In this document: positions 26,051-39,899 of the stretch, in pieces
How positions within the stretch are numbered: the first letter of the stretch is position 1
Layout: each line of letters opens with the position of its first letter
Source of the DNA: Octopus vulgaris
Taxonomy: Eukaryota
Assembly: GCA_951406725.2 (NCBI GenBank)
Contig: OX597821.1
Location: 9,982,001-10,046,000 of the forward strand
Reading direction: 5' to 3'
DNA: 64,000 nucleotides
Notes under the pieces: model-generated
What the model was told of the DNA's origin: nothing
Seen by the model: only the letters and a program-made list of their open reading frames with translations
Databases searched by the model: none
Program-made: the position numbers and the translations under genes

Positions 26051-27114
26051 TTATTTATTCATTTATATATATATATAAAGGCAGTGCTCCAGCATGGCAA
26101 CAGTCAAATGGCTGAAATAAGTAAAAGAGTAAAATGGAGTATATATATACACATACATATATATATGTACATATGTTTCTGTACATTTATGTATATATAT
26201 ATGTGTGTGCGTGTGTATAGTTATTGCGTTGCTTCAACATAGTATTGCGATAGTGTATGAATGCGAGTGTTCATAGCTCTTTGTATAAAATTTGATGAGG
26301 ATTAAAATTCTCTGCATAAAGGCTAAAAGTCTATGCAAAGTTGAAATCTTATAATCTGATATAACACGTTTAACCAGGTAAAGTATAATGAACATTAGAC
26401 AATAACATAGGTACAGAGTAAAACAAATATGCATATATGAAAGTTTCTTTTTTTGTGTGTATGTGTGTCTGCGTGTGTTTCTTTTGAAGTTTGTTGCCGG
26501 TATAAAAAGTAATGTAATTTTTTTCAAAAATATGTCATATCTTCCTTTATGTTATACTTGACGCCACTTTTCTCATAATATTTTTTCTACTTTTGTCTGT
26601 CTCTATTATTCCTTTAAGCACTGCTTATGTGTCATACATGTAACAGCTTCTATTAGCGGTTGTTGATTTTTTCTTTGACATGCGTCGCCTCTTTCACTTT
26701 CATACTTTTTCTTGTGATTGTTATGTTAACCTACATGTAACAGAGTGCATCCAGCAATAAAAAGAAATAGGACGCGCAAGAAAAATGAATGAGAAAAAAA
26801 AAAGAAGTAATTAGAAATGTGATAATGTCAACTACATATTCCCAGGAGAGAAAAAAATAGTACCATCGGGTTGGATGATATCAACGAACAAAGAGTAGAA
26901 AACAAATTGGTGAATCAACTGTATAAAACTTTGCAGTATGTCAGGTAGTAAGATATATGCGAGATGGAATAGATCAATAGATATTTCAATTAACGTATAT
27001 GGATAAGAATAATAATGTTAAGACGTGTATCCATATAATTTATACAGAATATTCAAACATATAAAGAAATGAAATACACAAATACACAGAGAACAAGGTG
27101 TCATCATACAACTT

Positions 27115-27781
27115 TTTTCCTCCTTTGTACGGCCACACCTTGAATACTGCTGCCCACTGTGGTCTCCTCACACAAGACAAAACATCTCCAGAATTGAGTC
27201 ACCCCAGAGGGCACTCACTAAACGAATTGAAGGCATGGCTGCTCTCGATTATTGGGATCGCCTTAAAGCCTTGAAACTTTACTCCCTCCAGCGTCGCCGT
27301 GAGCGGTACATCATTTGTACGATGTGGAAAATATACCGCCAACTTTGCCCAAACGACCTAAACATTAGCTTCAAGGTTCATCCAAGACTGGGACCACGGG
27401 CCATACGTCCCCTGCCCAATTCAAGATCACAACATACATGTACACTGCAACATAATTTCTTTTCCTCAACTGGCCCTGCCCTATTTAACATTGTCCCGAG
27501 GGAGATCAAAGAGGAAAAGGATCCCATCAACTTTAAACGGAGTCTGGATAGATTCCTTCAAAGAATACCAGATAAGCCACCCATAATTGGATACAACTCG
27601 CCCAACAAGAACTCACTACTTGAACAAAACTGGATACAACTCACCCAACAAGAACTCACTACTTGAACAAAACTTGACTTAAACAGGATTCGAATAACCC
27701 TATCAGGTGGTGCTATTAAGTTAGACATGGCCTGGACCAATCTTTGGTCGAAACATATCTAAGTTTATGTAAGTCTAAGTT
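27115..27781 (+). mobile_element. 3' end of CR1-like LINE (5'-truncated)
   Basis: VRPHLEYCCPLWSP..YWDRLKALKLYSLQRRRERY..GPALFN..FKRSLDRFL; short TCTAAG-repeat tail; family mate at 56270-56825. Confidence 0.9.
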
Positions 27782-27959
27782 TATATACATAAACTCTAAG
27801 CCATATAAATGTGATAAACGTTACAGACAATAAATTTACAATTCTTGCCCTCCAACGATGGTTTTGCTCTTAAAATTATGGGAAAGGAATTTTTATTTAT
27901 AACAGAAAAGTATTAGTTTTTACATCTTTAATTTAACGTTTTGTAATATATAATGTTTT

Positions 27960-28271
27960 GGAAGCACATCGTTAGAGTTATCTAAAAGAATTTCTATCCA
28001 TTACTCAACATTTAGGGATAGAAATAAACGTAATAGTACCGGTCTCAGCAAACTGATTTGGGATTTAAAAGACCACAATGAACAGTTTCATTTAGAATGG
28101 TTGATTCTCTCAATTTCGATACCATATGACAAAGGCAAGGAATTCTGTCTTCTCTGTAATTCTGAGCTATTTTTCCTTATATCTTCTAAAAGTACTCTAG
28201 TAAACACGCTTATAGAACGAGCATACAGATGTAAGCATGGGCAAAAATATACATTTAGTGCATATAAGTAG
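27960..28271 (+). pseudogene. Penelope-like element GIY-YIG endonuclease C-terminal fragment
   Basis: Open frame GSTSLELSKRISIHYSTFRDRNKRNSTGLSKLIWDLKDHNEQFHLEWLIL..CLLCNSE..LVN..CKH..*; homologous to 54678-55100. Confidence 0.85.
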
Positions 28272-28467
28272 TCTCTATCATTATATATAAATTAAACTTT
28301 AATTTCCTTCATATTTAACATACACTATTTGTATCCCTACTCTTTCTGTTAGCTACTTATGACGTTATATCATATAAGGTTTTTTTAAACAATATTAATA
28401 GCGTTCTGTCTATCGCTATACAAATCCATCATTTTTTGCAAAAATTTCTTATGGACGGGTTTCGCTT

Positions 28468-28563
28468 TTTTTACTTTCCTGAGGATAAGATTGCATTGTT
28501 TATACCATTTATTCTTTTGAATAGTATCAGTGGAATTTTCGAAACATGTGTCGAAAGTAAAAA
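28468..28563 (+). ncRNA. minimal type I hammerhead ribozyme (Penelope pLTR type)
   Basis: Stem I TTTTTACTTTC/GAAAGTAAAAA (11 bp), core CTGAGGA, long stem II, GAAAC-ATGT-GTC with palindromic ACATGT and GUC cleavage triplet (28550-28552); stem II closing pair is mutated (T/C). Confidence 0.8.
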
Positions 28564-28638
28564 TTGATTATGCCTGCGTTAAACTCCATTTATTTATTCA
28601 TATATATATATATATACATATATACACGCACACACACA

Positions 28639-28720
<82 letters not shown>

Positions 28721-28882
28721 TATTCAAATTCAGAGAGTGGAGATGTAACATTAATATGATTTATTAATTGCAAAATTTCAACACATTTACAGCTGTTTCC
28801 ATTTTCTCGAAGATTAAATTTGAGTAATTCATTGTATTGGGCAAAACCCCATGGGAGGATTAGCAAAAGACATACCATAAGA

Positions 28883-28932
<50 letters not shown>

Positions 28933-28933
28933 A

Positions 28934-29018
<85 letters not shown>

Positions 29019-29680
29019 TGCATACTTGCATATATATATATATATGTGTGTACTTAAATTCATTTATAAAATGCATGTGTCTATATACATAGTGTGATTT
29101 ACGCGAGTATCCATGTATCATTTTAAAAAATTTGAATAACAAAAGAATATTTATATACATTCCAGCTTAGAATAAAAAACATGCAAAAATTAATCTGTTG
29201 GGATATGAATACATGCTTGAGAGAGATATGCGAACGCTCACCACGCACTTGACCTGCTCAAATCTTATAGAAGGTTAAAAATGTAAACCCTTAAACCTTT
29301 CTTCAAACATTTGTTGGGAAAAAGTACCACAACAAAGGAAATAAACGAAACCTCAATTTCCTATTCACGGGCGCACCTGAAAGCTACGTAACTTCAAAAA
29401 TAGTGACGCATATAAGCAGGCATAACAATGAATTCTTTGCCTTACTTTTACAAACTCTTCTACCAGAACCTCTACATGTCACCTATTTCGTTTTCTTCGT
29501 CTACTTCTACGTTTCACTCTTTTGCTATTATTTTCTCTCTCTGCTTTCCTTTCATGCTACAATCTATTTTTTTTTGTTCAAACACTGTTGTATTTGTTAT
29601 GACTGATCAAATTATCCCGTCACATGCGACTGAATGAGCTGCAAAAATACATCACGGAACAATACCTATACTATGCTTAC

Positions 29681-29751
29681 TGGATCAGCTGATCCAGAAT
29701 TGTATCGAACCAACTTAGATGAGAAAGAAACCTTTTGGTGTGCCCATGTAT
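29681..29751 (-). CDS. candidate internal exon of an unidentified host gene (71 nt)
   Basis: Acceptor tatttacttctag, donor CCA|gtaagc, open frame (x)TWAHQKVSFSSKLVRYNSGSADP; no recognised homology. Confidence 0.3.
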
Positions 29752-29804
29752 CTAGAAGTAAATATCAACCTCACACAGTACATATATATTACTCTGTGTG
29801 TGTG

Positions 29805-29859
<55 letters not shown>

Positions 29860-32800
29860 ACTTTTACTATATGATATTTTTATAGCTATAATGGAATTTA
29901 TAAATTATGTGAAGCTGAAACTTACTACTTTGATTATTCACTAGATCACGTAAAACTTGCAACATACTTTTTGATCAGAAATTAACCAAAAAATTTATGA
30001 TGACTTGTAAGAATTTTATATCGTTTATAGGAAAATAGTTGATAAATCAAAGACTTAATTTGACATTTTTACATTTATTAATAAGCTACCATAGTCACAA
30101 TAATCAATCACCTATTATACATTGAAATTATGGCGGTTATATATGCAGTGTTTTTTAGCCATACGATATTATTCGGATGTTCCGTGATTTTTTTAGGCCT
30201 ATTTACGAAACTAATATCGAACACGACATTTTGCGCGTGCAGAGATGATTCTATTAAATATATGTAGCGACGGAAAGTCAGTGTAATACAATATGAACGA
30301 CTGGTAGTTATTTCGACTGCAATATTTATGCTAGTAATGCGACTATACAGACAGATTTTCTTATTTCTTTCTCGCCTCTCATAAACAGTCGCAAAACAAA
30401 GACAGGCAATGAACAATATAATTAGCTGTATATACATCCTCAAATGAGCAATGGTATTCTGATAGACGCAAAAATGTTGAAAGAGCTGCAATTTCCTAGT
30501 AAGTAGCCTTAGAATACTGCAGTTAGTAGGGCGATAAAGAAGCAATTAATAATGAAAATTAGACTGGAAATAAAGAAAGAAACAATGTACAAGATATCGA
30601 ATGTAATTATAGTCGAAAAGAATGAAACTAAGCAAAATAATTACATGAGAAATTATTAAACTATGAATGCTATGTGCGGAGATTTTAATTCGATTTCTGA
30701 GTCACAAATCTAAAAAAGGAGGAAAAGGACATTGATCTTCTCACTACTTAATTTTTCAAAAATAATTAATAGGCGAATTTAAGGCTGTTATATTGAATTG
30801 ACGGCAACCGGGTTCAATAAATCATTAGGATCGTGAATTAGATTAGATCCACAAGTTGTGAATGGTATTTGAAGCATTTGCTCATTAATATATTATTCTC
30901 TTCTAGCAAATTAATGGTTTTTACATAATGGCAGATGAAATGTAATGCAAACAATGAAAAGATGTGCCGCCGTTATTGCTATGTTTAGCTTTAGAAATTG
31001 ACATGCTAAATGTCACATGATATTATATGTTCAAATGCCGACGGATTTCGAAGGCTTGGCTTGGAATGTTTCAAACATATCAAAGAAAAAAGAAGAAACT
31101 TAATAAATGACCGGATATTTTCATCCAATGGATTCCAAACAGATAATGATACACAAAAACCTGTGAAGGACATCGTCAAAAATATTTAGGTGTCGGTGTG
31201 AGCTCTCAGAACTGTGGTGCAGAGGAACATTCAATACACGTTGTATATACTGTAGGGAAGCCAGTCCATGTCTGCAAACGCTGTGTTAAGTGAAGTGTTA
31301 AGAGAACAAAAATCATTTCACATAAATGAGCTTAAAGCGCCCATGGTCCTTTTTTTTTAGCACCAGAAGGATAATCCTTCACATTTATGCAACACCTAAT
31401 ATTTTTCTGAGATATCTTTAGTTAGTCATCAAAGCATGTCGAAAATGTCAAATTCCACACATGGCAATAATGACAGGACAGTTTTTCTTTGAATGAAAAA
31501 ATCACTGGAGCTTTGAATAATATTTTACGATTGCTAATTGAAAACGAGCAGCATTTTTATTAAAATAACTTTAGGTTTTTGCTACATCGAAGTTTTTTTT
31601 TTAATTAAATAAGTTCTCAAAGAACTCTATACCTTTTGACAATCGTTTGTGTCTCGAAGCTTAATTGAAACTATACTCATCTATTTCATACAGAGTGATG
31701 TTACATTTGATTGACCAAGTTATGGTCAATTTAATATTCTACGTATTGAGAATCCAAGAACATTCAGTTAACGAGGTAGTGTGAGTTTTCCTTTTACTCT
31801 TTAGAAAATGTGTATATGTATACATGCTGTGTATATGTGTATATGTAGGTTATCTAAATTTGGGTTTGTATGCAAAGGCATCGTATAGCAATGTACTATA
31901 TGATGTTTAGGAATGTAGTTCATGAGTTCTCGTAGGTGCCAATGTATATAGAAATGAGCTTTTAGTTAAAGGAGATTTTACACAATATCTAAAGTTACAC
32001 TTTATGAGGGATATTCATTGAAATAGCAAGATTATTATTCTTACTTGAATACTTTATACACAATTCACAGTGACGATGTAATACCATATTATAAATTAAT
32101 GCTCTATTAGTGGCTATAATGTATGTGGTGGATTACGCAAATTTGACTGCATACCTGCTAAAGATAGTACTACTATTAAAGGTAGAAACTTAACCAATGC
32201 ATTAAATATACATTTTATCCGAGATTACAAATTTTGAAACAAGTAACGTTCGTCTTTTCGAAATATTTTAAGTTTGCTTTTGTAGTTGTCACCAATTTCT
32301 ATTGTTTACTCATTAAGGTACACGTTCTCCTATAGTCACAGGAGGGTTTTGATTGTCAACCAATTACAACTTGACTTCTATGTATATCTTTTTGATTCAC
32401 GTCATCTGTTAACGTTTATACTTTCTATTGTCGTCTATAGTGCTTGTGGTCTATATTCTTATTTAGTCTAGTTTCCAGCAAATGAAAACGGTCTTATTCT
32501 AATATCAGCTATTTCAATAGAAGTTAAACTATACAAGCCGTATTCGGCCGACGAAATTTCACCAGTTTTAAATACTTATTATAAGGATTGTACTCATTGT
32601 TATGACTACAGGTGCCAGTTGCTCACTATGCGTGATTGCTGTTCTCATTTCGAGCGAAAATCCCCTTACCAAGGCGGTTTGAACAAATCATAAGCTGAAG
32701 GAGTGATGGTCGCGCTGTGAAATCTTGTATTCAATAATTTTAACTTTTTTTTTTGTTAACCGCATTGTTTCCTCCAAGATATATTGAAATCTGACCGTTC

Positions 32801-34654
32801 AAAAATACTTGAAAATAACTAGTATAGACTTCTCTTGAAAATGAACAAAATAATATGGCATCGTCTTTTTGTAAATTAAGGCGTCTGAAGGTACAGTGTT
32901 TGAAGAGTACGAATTTAAGGCGTATGAAAAGATATGAAAATAAAGGCTGTCTTAAAGCCTTTAAATTGAAATTATTTAGATTTGTAGTCGGCTCTAATTT
33001 TTACTCCCTACAATTTCATATTCATTTTTTTAGTTCTTGTCCGTTTTAAGGTTGTATCGGCGTGAACTACTATACTAGATAAATGAATTATTTAATTAAA
33101 GTACCCGTCTTTTTAAAGTTGTTTATTCCATAGTTGGTAATATTCCAATTTAATATTCCTAATGACGTTAATTAGTTCATCCTTAAACCTTCCTAATCGG
33201 CAGTATGTGAAGGCTTTCCACATGATTTAGATACTCGTTTCATGCCTAGATCATTTTCATTTTCCTTTTTAAGTGTTCAATGTCATATGCTCTCCAGCGC
33301 ATTTTGTTCCTTTAATATGAAGTTTAGCGTATATCATCTTTCCAATGGAATATACTAAACTGAAAAGCCGGAGATAAATGCCTTCATTTCGGGGGCAATT
33401 CTCCAACAACACTCGCGTACAGGAGTGGAGCAACGAGATTTGCGACGACTAGTAAAATAACAAATAACATTTCAAAGTATATTTTGAGAAACGGAATTTA
33501 AAAGTTCGAACATCCAGAAAAATATATTGAATCAATCCAAATAATATTCTCTACAAATTGTAACTCCTGGGAACAATACTGCTTACGTGTTCGAGGCGCA
33601 TCTTAACCTTATATTGATCATTAGTTAATCTACATGAAATCCTTCATTTATCGAAAATCCCTGCTTGTACAATTTCGCACGTAATTAATATATATACGAG
33701 CGGTAATCAAAAGAAATCGGAAAGGCTTTCTGCAGCTCAGGCTTCCATTGCTGGAAACCACTTCATTTGACCCCCAGGAATCATTCTGCCGACTGGCATT
33801 GTCCTTTCAGATAGTACTGCCAAGTCGTTCATGTATTGTTTTGTTTTTTTTGCAGTGTTTAGTTGAAGGGAAAGGCGAAGTGCGAAAGAAAAAGGAACAA
33901 GTAAAACAGGGAAAAAAACAGGGAAACTAGTGGGAAAAAAACACAGGCTACGCTTTCAGAAATTTAGGATAATGTTTTCAGAAATAACATATAAGTTTAC
34001 CATTAATTCCGTGAAATATTCAGGGGTCCCGGTAGTAGAGACTAATTTATAAAGTGTTTCTTTTTTTATACTATGTCGATATTTTTTCATTTAATCTTAT
34101 ATGCATTTTCCATGATCTTTCATTTCACCAATGTAATTTCAATTTCTTTGCATTTTTGATCATTCTGATGTGAAAGGAGGGATATTAGCGTGCATGAGTG
34201 TTTTTAAATGTAATCTGGAGAACTAGTGAGGCGAGTTTACCTAATATTGGCTTACTCATTTTGCCCCAGGATAATTTGTCAAAGAGAACGGTGATAATTT
34301 TCTGAAACAGTATTATGAATATATGGAAGGGTATTTAATGGATTTAGGCGGTGTCATATGACGGCCGCATTTTAATGTTTGAAGCAAGTAACGAGAAAAT
34401 AAAATACTTACAAAATACCTTTTCCGCCCGTCTATAATTCTCATTCTCTGTTTAATCCTAATAGTTTTTGTTGATCAATATATTAAAGACATTCTTGTAA
34501 AAATATGCAATGATTAAGTGTCGCTGTTTTGAATCTGAGCGCGTTGATACTTAGCCTCTTTTCTTTTCATTCAGATAATAGGTAAGAGCATTAATGTGCT
34601 TCTCACATGTCATTGATTTATAAACATAGATGTTTGCAATACATTTCACCTCGG

Positions 34655-34950
34655 GAGTGAAAGCGCGTGACTTGGTACTTAATGGTACTCCACTTACGGT
34701 CGTAAGGCCGTGAGTTCAATTCCCGGTTGTGCGCTCGGTTCTTGAGCAAGATATCATATTTGACATTGCCCCTGTTTACTCAGCAGGCAAAGATGAGTTC
34801 TACCAGTAATTCAAAAAAGGGCTCGCTTTGTCACATTTTGTGCCACTCTGAATTTTCCTGAGAACAACGTTTGATTACGCGTTAATTTGAAAATAAGGTG
34901 GTTTATTGATGGTTGAGCTGGAATACTTGACATCATAATCGACAGAGTGC
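34655..34950 (+). mobile_element. degraded tRNA-derived SINE family B
   Basis: GAAAGCGCGTGACTTGGT..GTGAGTTCAATTCCCGG (B box)..CTTGAGCAAG; body matches the reverse complement of 628-840. Confidence 0.7.
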
Positions 34951-37563
34951 CATTTTTAACCTAGGGAAAACCGGCCAATTTTATCTCCCTACCAGCTTAA
35001 CTTACTGCTAATGTAACTTCTCCTTTGTAGAACATATCTCTGACTTTTATATACCTCTCTCCATACATTATATTATACTAATCCCTGTTATAACGTCAGT
35101 ATCTACTTTTCGTAAAGCAACTGGAGTTAGTGGAAATTCCATCTCATATCACATAGATTACATAAATCGTACACATAATCCATCACATACTTTGATGGGA
35201 AAGAAATTCAAGCAGAAGCTGAAACAATCACAGGTGATCTATAAACATAATACTAGCATCATTCTTTGAATTGATCATTTCTACACTCCACTATGAATCC
35301 CCACACAATTTTTTTCTTGGATTTTCATTTTCTGTAGAATGTTATATGGAGGCATATTTCAGATTTCTTTACTTATTCTGTTTGTTAGCATTATTACTTA
35401 TTCTGTTTATTATGCATTATGCATTTATAGGCATCTTGAGTATTTTTTCATAACAAACCAAAAGTAAAAAGTAAAGCCAAGATAATTATCATTGCAACGA
35501 GAAACTTCGCTCTCGATTTATCGGATTATAAGCTTAAATATGATACACAATGGCATTAATATCTGCATAATATGAATTACCTGGAGTTAAATATTTTGAA
35601 CTTTTATTGTAAGATTTTATCAGATACTCATTGAAAGGAGTGGGAGGAAATATTTGTTTTAGTTCAATAAATTTCTGATTTAGAGTTTTTTTTGGTTAAT
35701 TAGAAGTTAGTTGGTTAATCTACAAACTTTGTTTTGAAATTACATTCTCACTTGAGTTAGATGACCAGTAAAGTTTGTGGGTACGAGTAAATGTTTGATT
35801 CCGTTTGATCTGTGTTAGAACAATTCTTGTCAAACACTTTGTGTGATACTTTGGTTCGCTGTGAAATGCAGTAAAATTATTATAAGATGATTAGATACAT
35901 AAATTAAATTCAAAATGGAACTGCACCACAATGCATTGCGTTTTAACCCTTCTGATTCATTATTCTTTTATTATATTTCATTCAATCATTCTTTAGTCAT
36001 TCGTTTTAGTCATTCTCTTCTGTTAATTCCCAGGCAACTTCATGCGTTGTGTACGTACAATGTTCTAGTTGGGTGGCTATTAACAGATATGAAAGAATAG
36101 AATTGCATTTGTGACTCTACATTATTTACCTTTGCTTCGTTGTTGATTTGGAAAACTATATAAGTTTTATCTCATTAAAAAGTACATTTTGCTTTATCGA
36201 CATTCCATATTGAATTCAATATCTCAAAGAGTGGAGAAAAGTAAATCAGAATAAGTATACGTAACCGAAATTTAAATAATTTTAGAATCATCATTACGTG
36301 AAGTATCTTTACTACAACGAGAACTTGCAACTGGATTTTATATTAATTTTGCTTTTTTTGAGACAAAATATATAAATATGAAATAGATGTTTCGACTCAC
36401 CATAGCACAAGCTAAAGCGTGTAATTTTAATTAATGAAAAGGAAGTGCTGGTATTAAGGTATCTAGTTGTTTTCACTTGCAAAATATGTATTTTTCAAAA
36501 CGAAGTAAAAAATCTTAAAATCGGCTGTAATTATATAGTCTTCCAGTCTCATTACTATGAAGGTATGACGTTGTGGAGATAAAAACTGGAGGAACACGTT
36601 ACAGAGATTTAAAAATTGGAGAAACTCTTTACTTTTAGTAAATAGCGAGAGAGAAATGTTCTGCGTTTAGCAGAGCGGTATCATCTTTAGTGTTGTGTCC
36701 TGTGAAATTTATAGTTTCGCGTTGGTGACATGACCTGTTCATTGTAGGTTTCTAAATAAACAGAAATACCTAATAAAATCAGCATGTATATTCTTACTGT
36801 TACTTTTGTTTCATCATTGATTGTACGTTTTTATTATATCTAAAAATTTGTTATATTAATATATTTGTCTATATGTGTTTACTTTATGCATTTTTCAGTA
36901 TTATGTATACCAGTCATGTATTCGTGTACATTATTGATATGTAAGTGCATTTGGAGGTGTTTAATCATATGTAAGTTTACATATACATTTATGCATTCAT
37001 GTGTGTGTGTGAAGGGGTGTCTGTCTCCAAAACTCCAAAGTTGAGTTACGCTTTCATGCTTGGATTTCTAAAATACGATAACATTGATCAATAAAAAAAT
37101 TGTCCCAAGGAAAAGAATACTTGTATCTCATGTTTTTTGTATACAGAATTCAAAAATAATGTCTAATTATCTGTATCTCCCACAGTTTCTCTGTTCCACG
37201 ATATCCCTCTCAGTTCCTGTTACGTGGGTTAAATTTCAGTTAAAATGTTGAAATGTGAAGCTAATGGCTTAAAAACTACGCCTAATTAAATTTTTCATGA
37301 TTCGAAAATTAACCTGGTGAAATTATAAATCTAGTTATTAGAATCAAAGAGTCGCTGAATATATATGAAAAATATATGAAGTGAACAATATATAAAAATA
37401 CTAACACAGAAAAAGCACAAAAAATACTAAGACACAGAAGCACTGAAAATATTTAATATACTAACACACAGAAAAATTAAAACAAAAACAGTGAAAAGAA
37501 TCTCGTTTGAAGAATCATGAGTGAAAATCAACATAGAACAAGTGAACCACAACGCAGTGTGCG

Positions 37564-37577
37564 GTTGTCATGGTAAC
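37564..37577. promoter_or_regulatory. RFX X-box motif
   Basis: GTTGTCATGGTAAC fits the 14-bp palindromic X-box GTTNYC-AT-RGNAAC, in a locally GC-richer unique patch. Confidence 0.45.
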
Positions 37578-37759
37578 AAACTACTATTGCCACGCTGTCT
37601 GCTAGCTTAATAACCCACATTTTCCAAACTTAATTCCAAATAACATCAGATTATCTAGTTTACGAGATAAAATAATTGGTTGATCATAATTCGGAGTTGC
37701 TTCGGTACACCAAAATTGAACAAAATTTCCGAATGAAAGAGACTACAACTGTATTAAGA

Positions 37760-38125
37760 CGGAGAGCTAGTAGGATCCTTTGCACGCTGGGCTGAATGCT
37801 TATCGGATTGTCGACCCTCCTTATGCTCTGGGTGCATATGCTTCGGGCATCGATATTGCGGGTTCGACAAAATAAGTACCAGTCAAACACTGGAGTCAAT
37901 TTTACTGACTAAATCCTCCCCTCAAATTGCTGGTCTTGTATCAAAATATGAAACTATTAAGATTGTTGTTGCTGTCATAACGCTCTGGGTTCAAATTCGG
38001 CCGAGGTCGACTTTGCCACTCATCTTTTCTGAATCAATAAATATTAGTACGAGTCGAGCACTGGAGTCATTGCAATAGACTATTCCCCAACACTGAAATT
38101 GTTGACCTCGTGCAGCATTTTGAAA
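37760..38125 (+). mobile_element. two tandem degraded family C SINEs
   Basis: AAGTACCAGTCAAACACTGGAGTCAAT, and GGGTTCAAATTCGGCCGAGGTCGACTTTGCC..GCACTGGAGTCA. Confidence 0.7.
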
Positions 38126-38129
38126 TCGA

Positions 38130-39695
38130 GGTGGTCAGCACTGATCTAAGTATTAAAGGTGACAGGAGTAATGATCAACCAGATGTCGGTGGGCCAGCAC
38201 CTCGGCATCTGGAGAGGCAGGTATATGCCTACTAACTGCATTGTATGGCTCTTGACGGAAGGACCAGTTAAATTGCTCGGGATCTGGTATGGTCCAGACC
38301 TCAAGGTGAACAAGAGTTGGAGCAAGGTGAGGAGCAGGTTAGCCAATCTCACTTAGAAACGGGTAGAGAGGAGGCTGTCCCTGAATGGTCGGGCGGAGAT
38401 GATGGATGCGTACATCGCTTCTGTCAACTACTACGGTCTGACCGTCGTCCCAATCCCAACTTCGTGCCTAATAAAGTAGGAGCGCCTTGCTCTTCCGATT
38501 TCAATGGAAAGGACGTTTTCCGCACGTCAGTCGGTCCTTCTGCTTTCAGCAGCCTGTGACTGGATGACTGAGCATGTCGTGGCCAACGTTGTGCAGATAT
38601 GCACCGAGAATACGACATCTCCAGCTTTTCTTTAACGGTGAAAAGGTGTAGTCGCCGTCAAACGGAACGTTCCGCAGTTCATCTAATTGACAGCGCTATA
38701 GTCATGGGTGAAGTGCAGGCCAAGAAAGGGCACTTGACATCTGGAGTGTAGGAAAGCGCTCACAGCCTTCTGCAAGTCGGGGACCGCGGTTGGTGGAAGT
38801 TCCACCGTATAGGGAATTTGTGGACGGAAAGAGCGACGTACTTGGGGATACTCTGGGCGTCGAAGGGGATTAACTAACTGGTCTTTTGCGGAGTACCTTT
38901 GGGCCAGAGCCTATGGATATCTTCCAGAGATCCCTGGCCTTGTAGCGCTATCGGGAATATTTGCCGGTTCGAGATAAGCTCTACGAACACGGTAGTGCAG
39001 TCAGTTGGTCATATCTTAGATGTACGTAGTGTAATGAAACCGTCCTGTATGCACTCGTCCAGTGTCAAGGTATTACTGTCTTGCGGAGATTTCTCATACT
39101 GCTGTTGTTACGTGTTGGACGGTTCCGGTTATCTGCTGAGTCCATTGTGAGGATCAACCCACAACATTCTCTGGGCCGTTGCTATAGCGAAAGAGTTAGG
39201 GTGGTGAACGAGAATGAAAGAACACAAGACATACACTTTCCTATTTGACGGAGTTCTCACCGACTTTTTCAAGTTCTACTTGAAAAGTAGAGAGAGGAGT
39301 TCATCCCTCCAGGAAGTTTGTTAAAATGTGAGTGGATGTTGCGAAAATGGCTCGTGTGAATGGGACTACACTGAATATTCGTCTGTAAGCCGAAGCAGTT
39401 GAGGGAAAGACGGCTACATATTGGGAGTGCTCTTAGCAGTCAGAGTAACCAGACTATGTGGTGTCAGGTTGGCCTCCGGGAAACTCCCCACTATTGGGGA
39501 ATTTTACATTTTTTGTTGTTGTTAACTGTTATTGAGTGTTTTATTGCTTACACTTTTTTTCTGGTTTAAACCCCACTTGTTCCTTGTTTGTATTTTCCCG
39601 ATACGTTTTCTGTACGGCCCTTCTGGCCAATAAATAATAATTATTATTATTATATTGGCTTTTCGACGTTTTGTACGGCTCTGGCCAATAAATTA
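38130..39695 (+). mobile_element. 5'-truncated Tx1/L1-clade LINE ORF2 remnant with 3' UTR
   Basis: EGPVKLLGIWYGPDL..RRLSLNGRA (post-RT), LPVRDKL..C..C..ET (zf-RVT-like), T-rich 3' UTR ending GGCCAATAAA twice, then (TAT)n/(AGT)n. Confidence 0.75.
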
Positions 39696-39727
<32 letters not shown>

Positions 39728-39755
39728 GTAGTAGTAGTAGTAATAGTAAAAGTAT

Positions 39756-39818
<63 letters not shown>

Positions 39819-39899
39819 GCTACATGTGTATTTAATTAACAGAATTATCATCTTTAGTTTTTTTTTAACAGCATATCTGTTCAGATCCATAAATTGCCA

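Noticed and set aside
28780-28850. GAAACAGCTGTA (- strand) as another hammerhead
   Set aside because: Stem III-like part is present but no CUGANGA core or stem I pairing can be found.
30108-30545. 145-aa ORF on the - strand
   Set aside because: Non-ATG start, no motifs, composition typical of AT-rich non-coding DNA.
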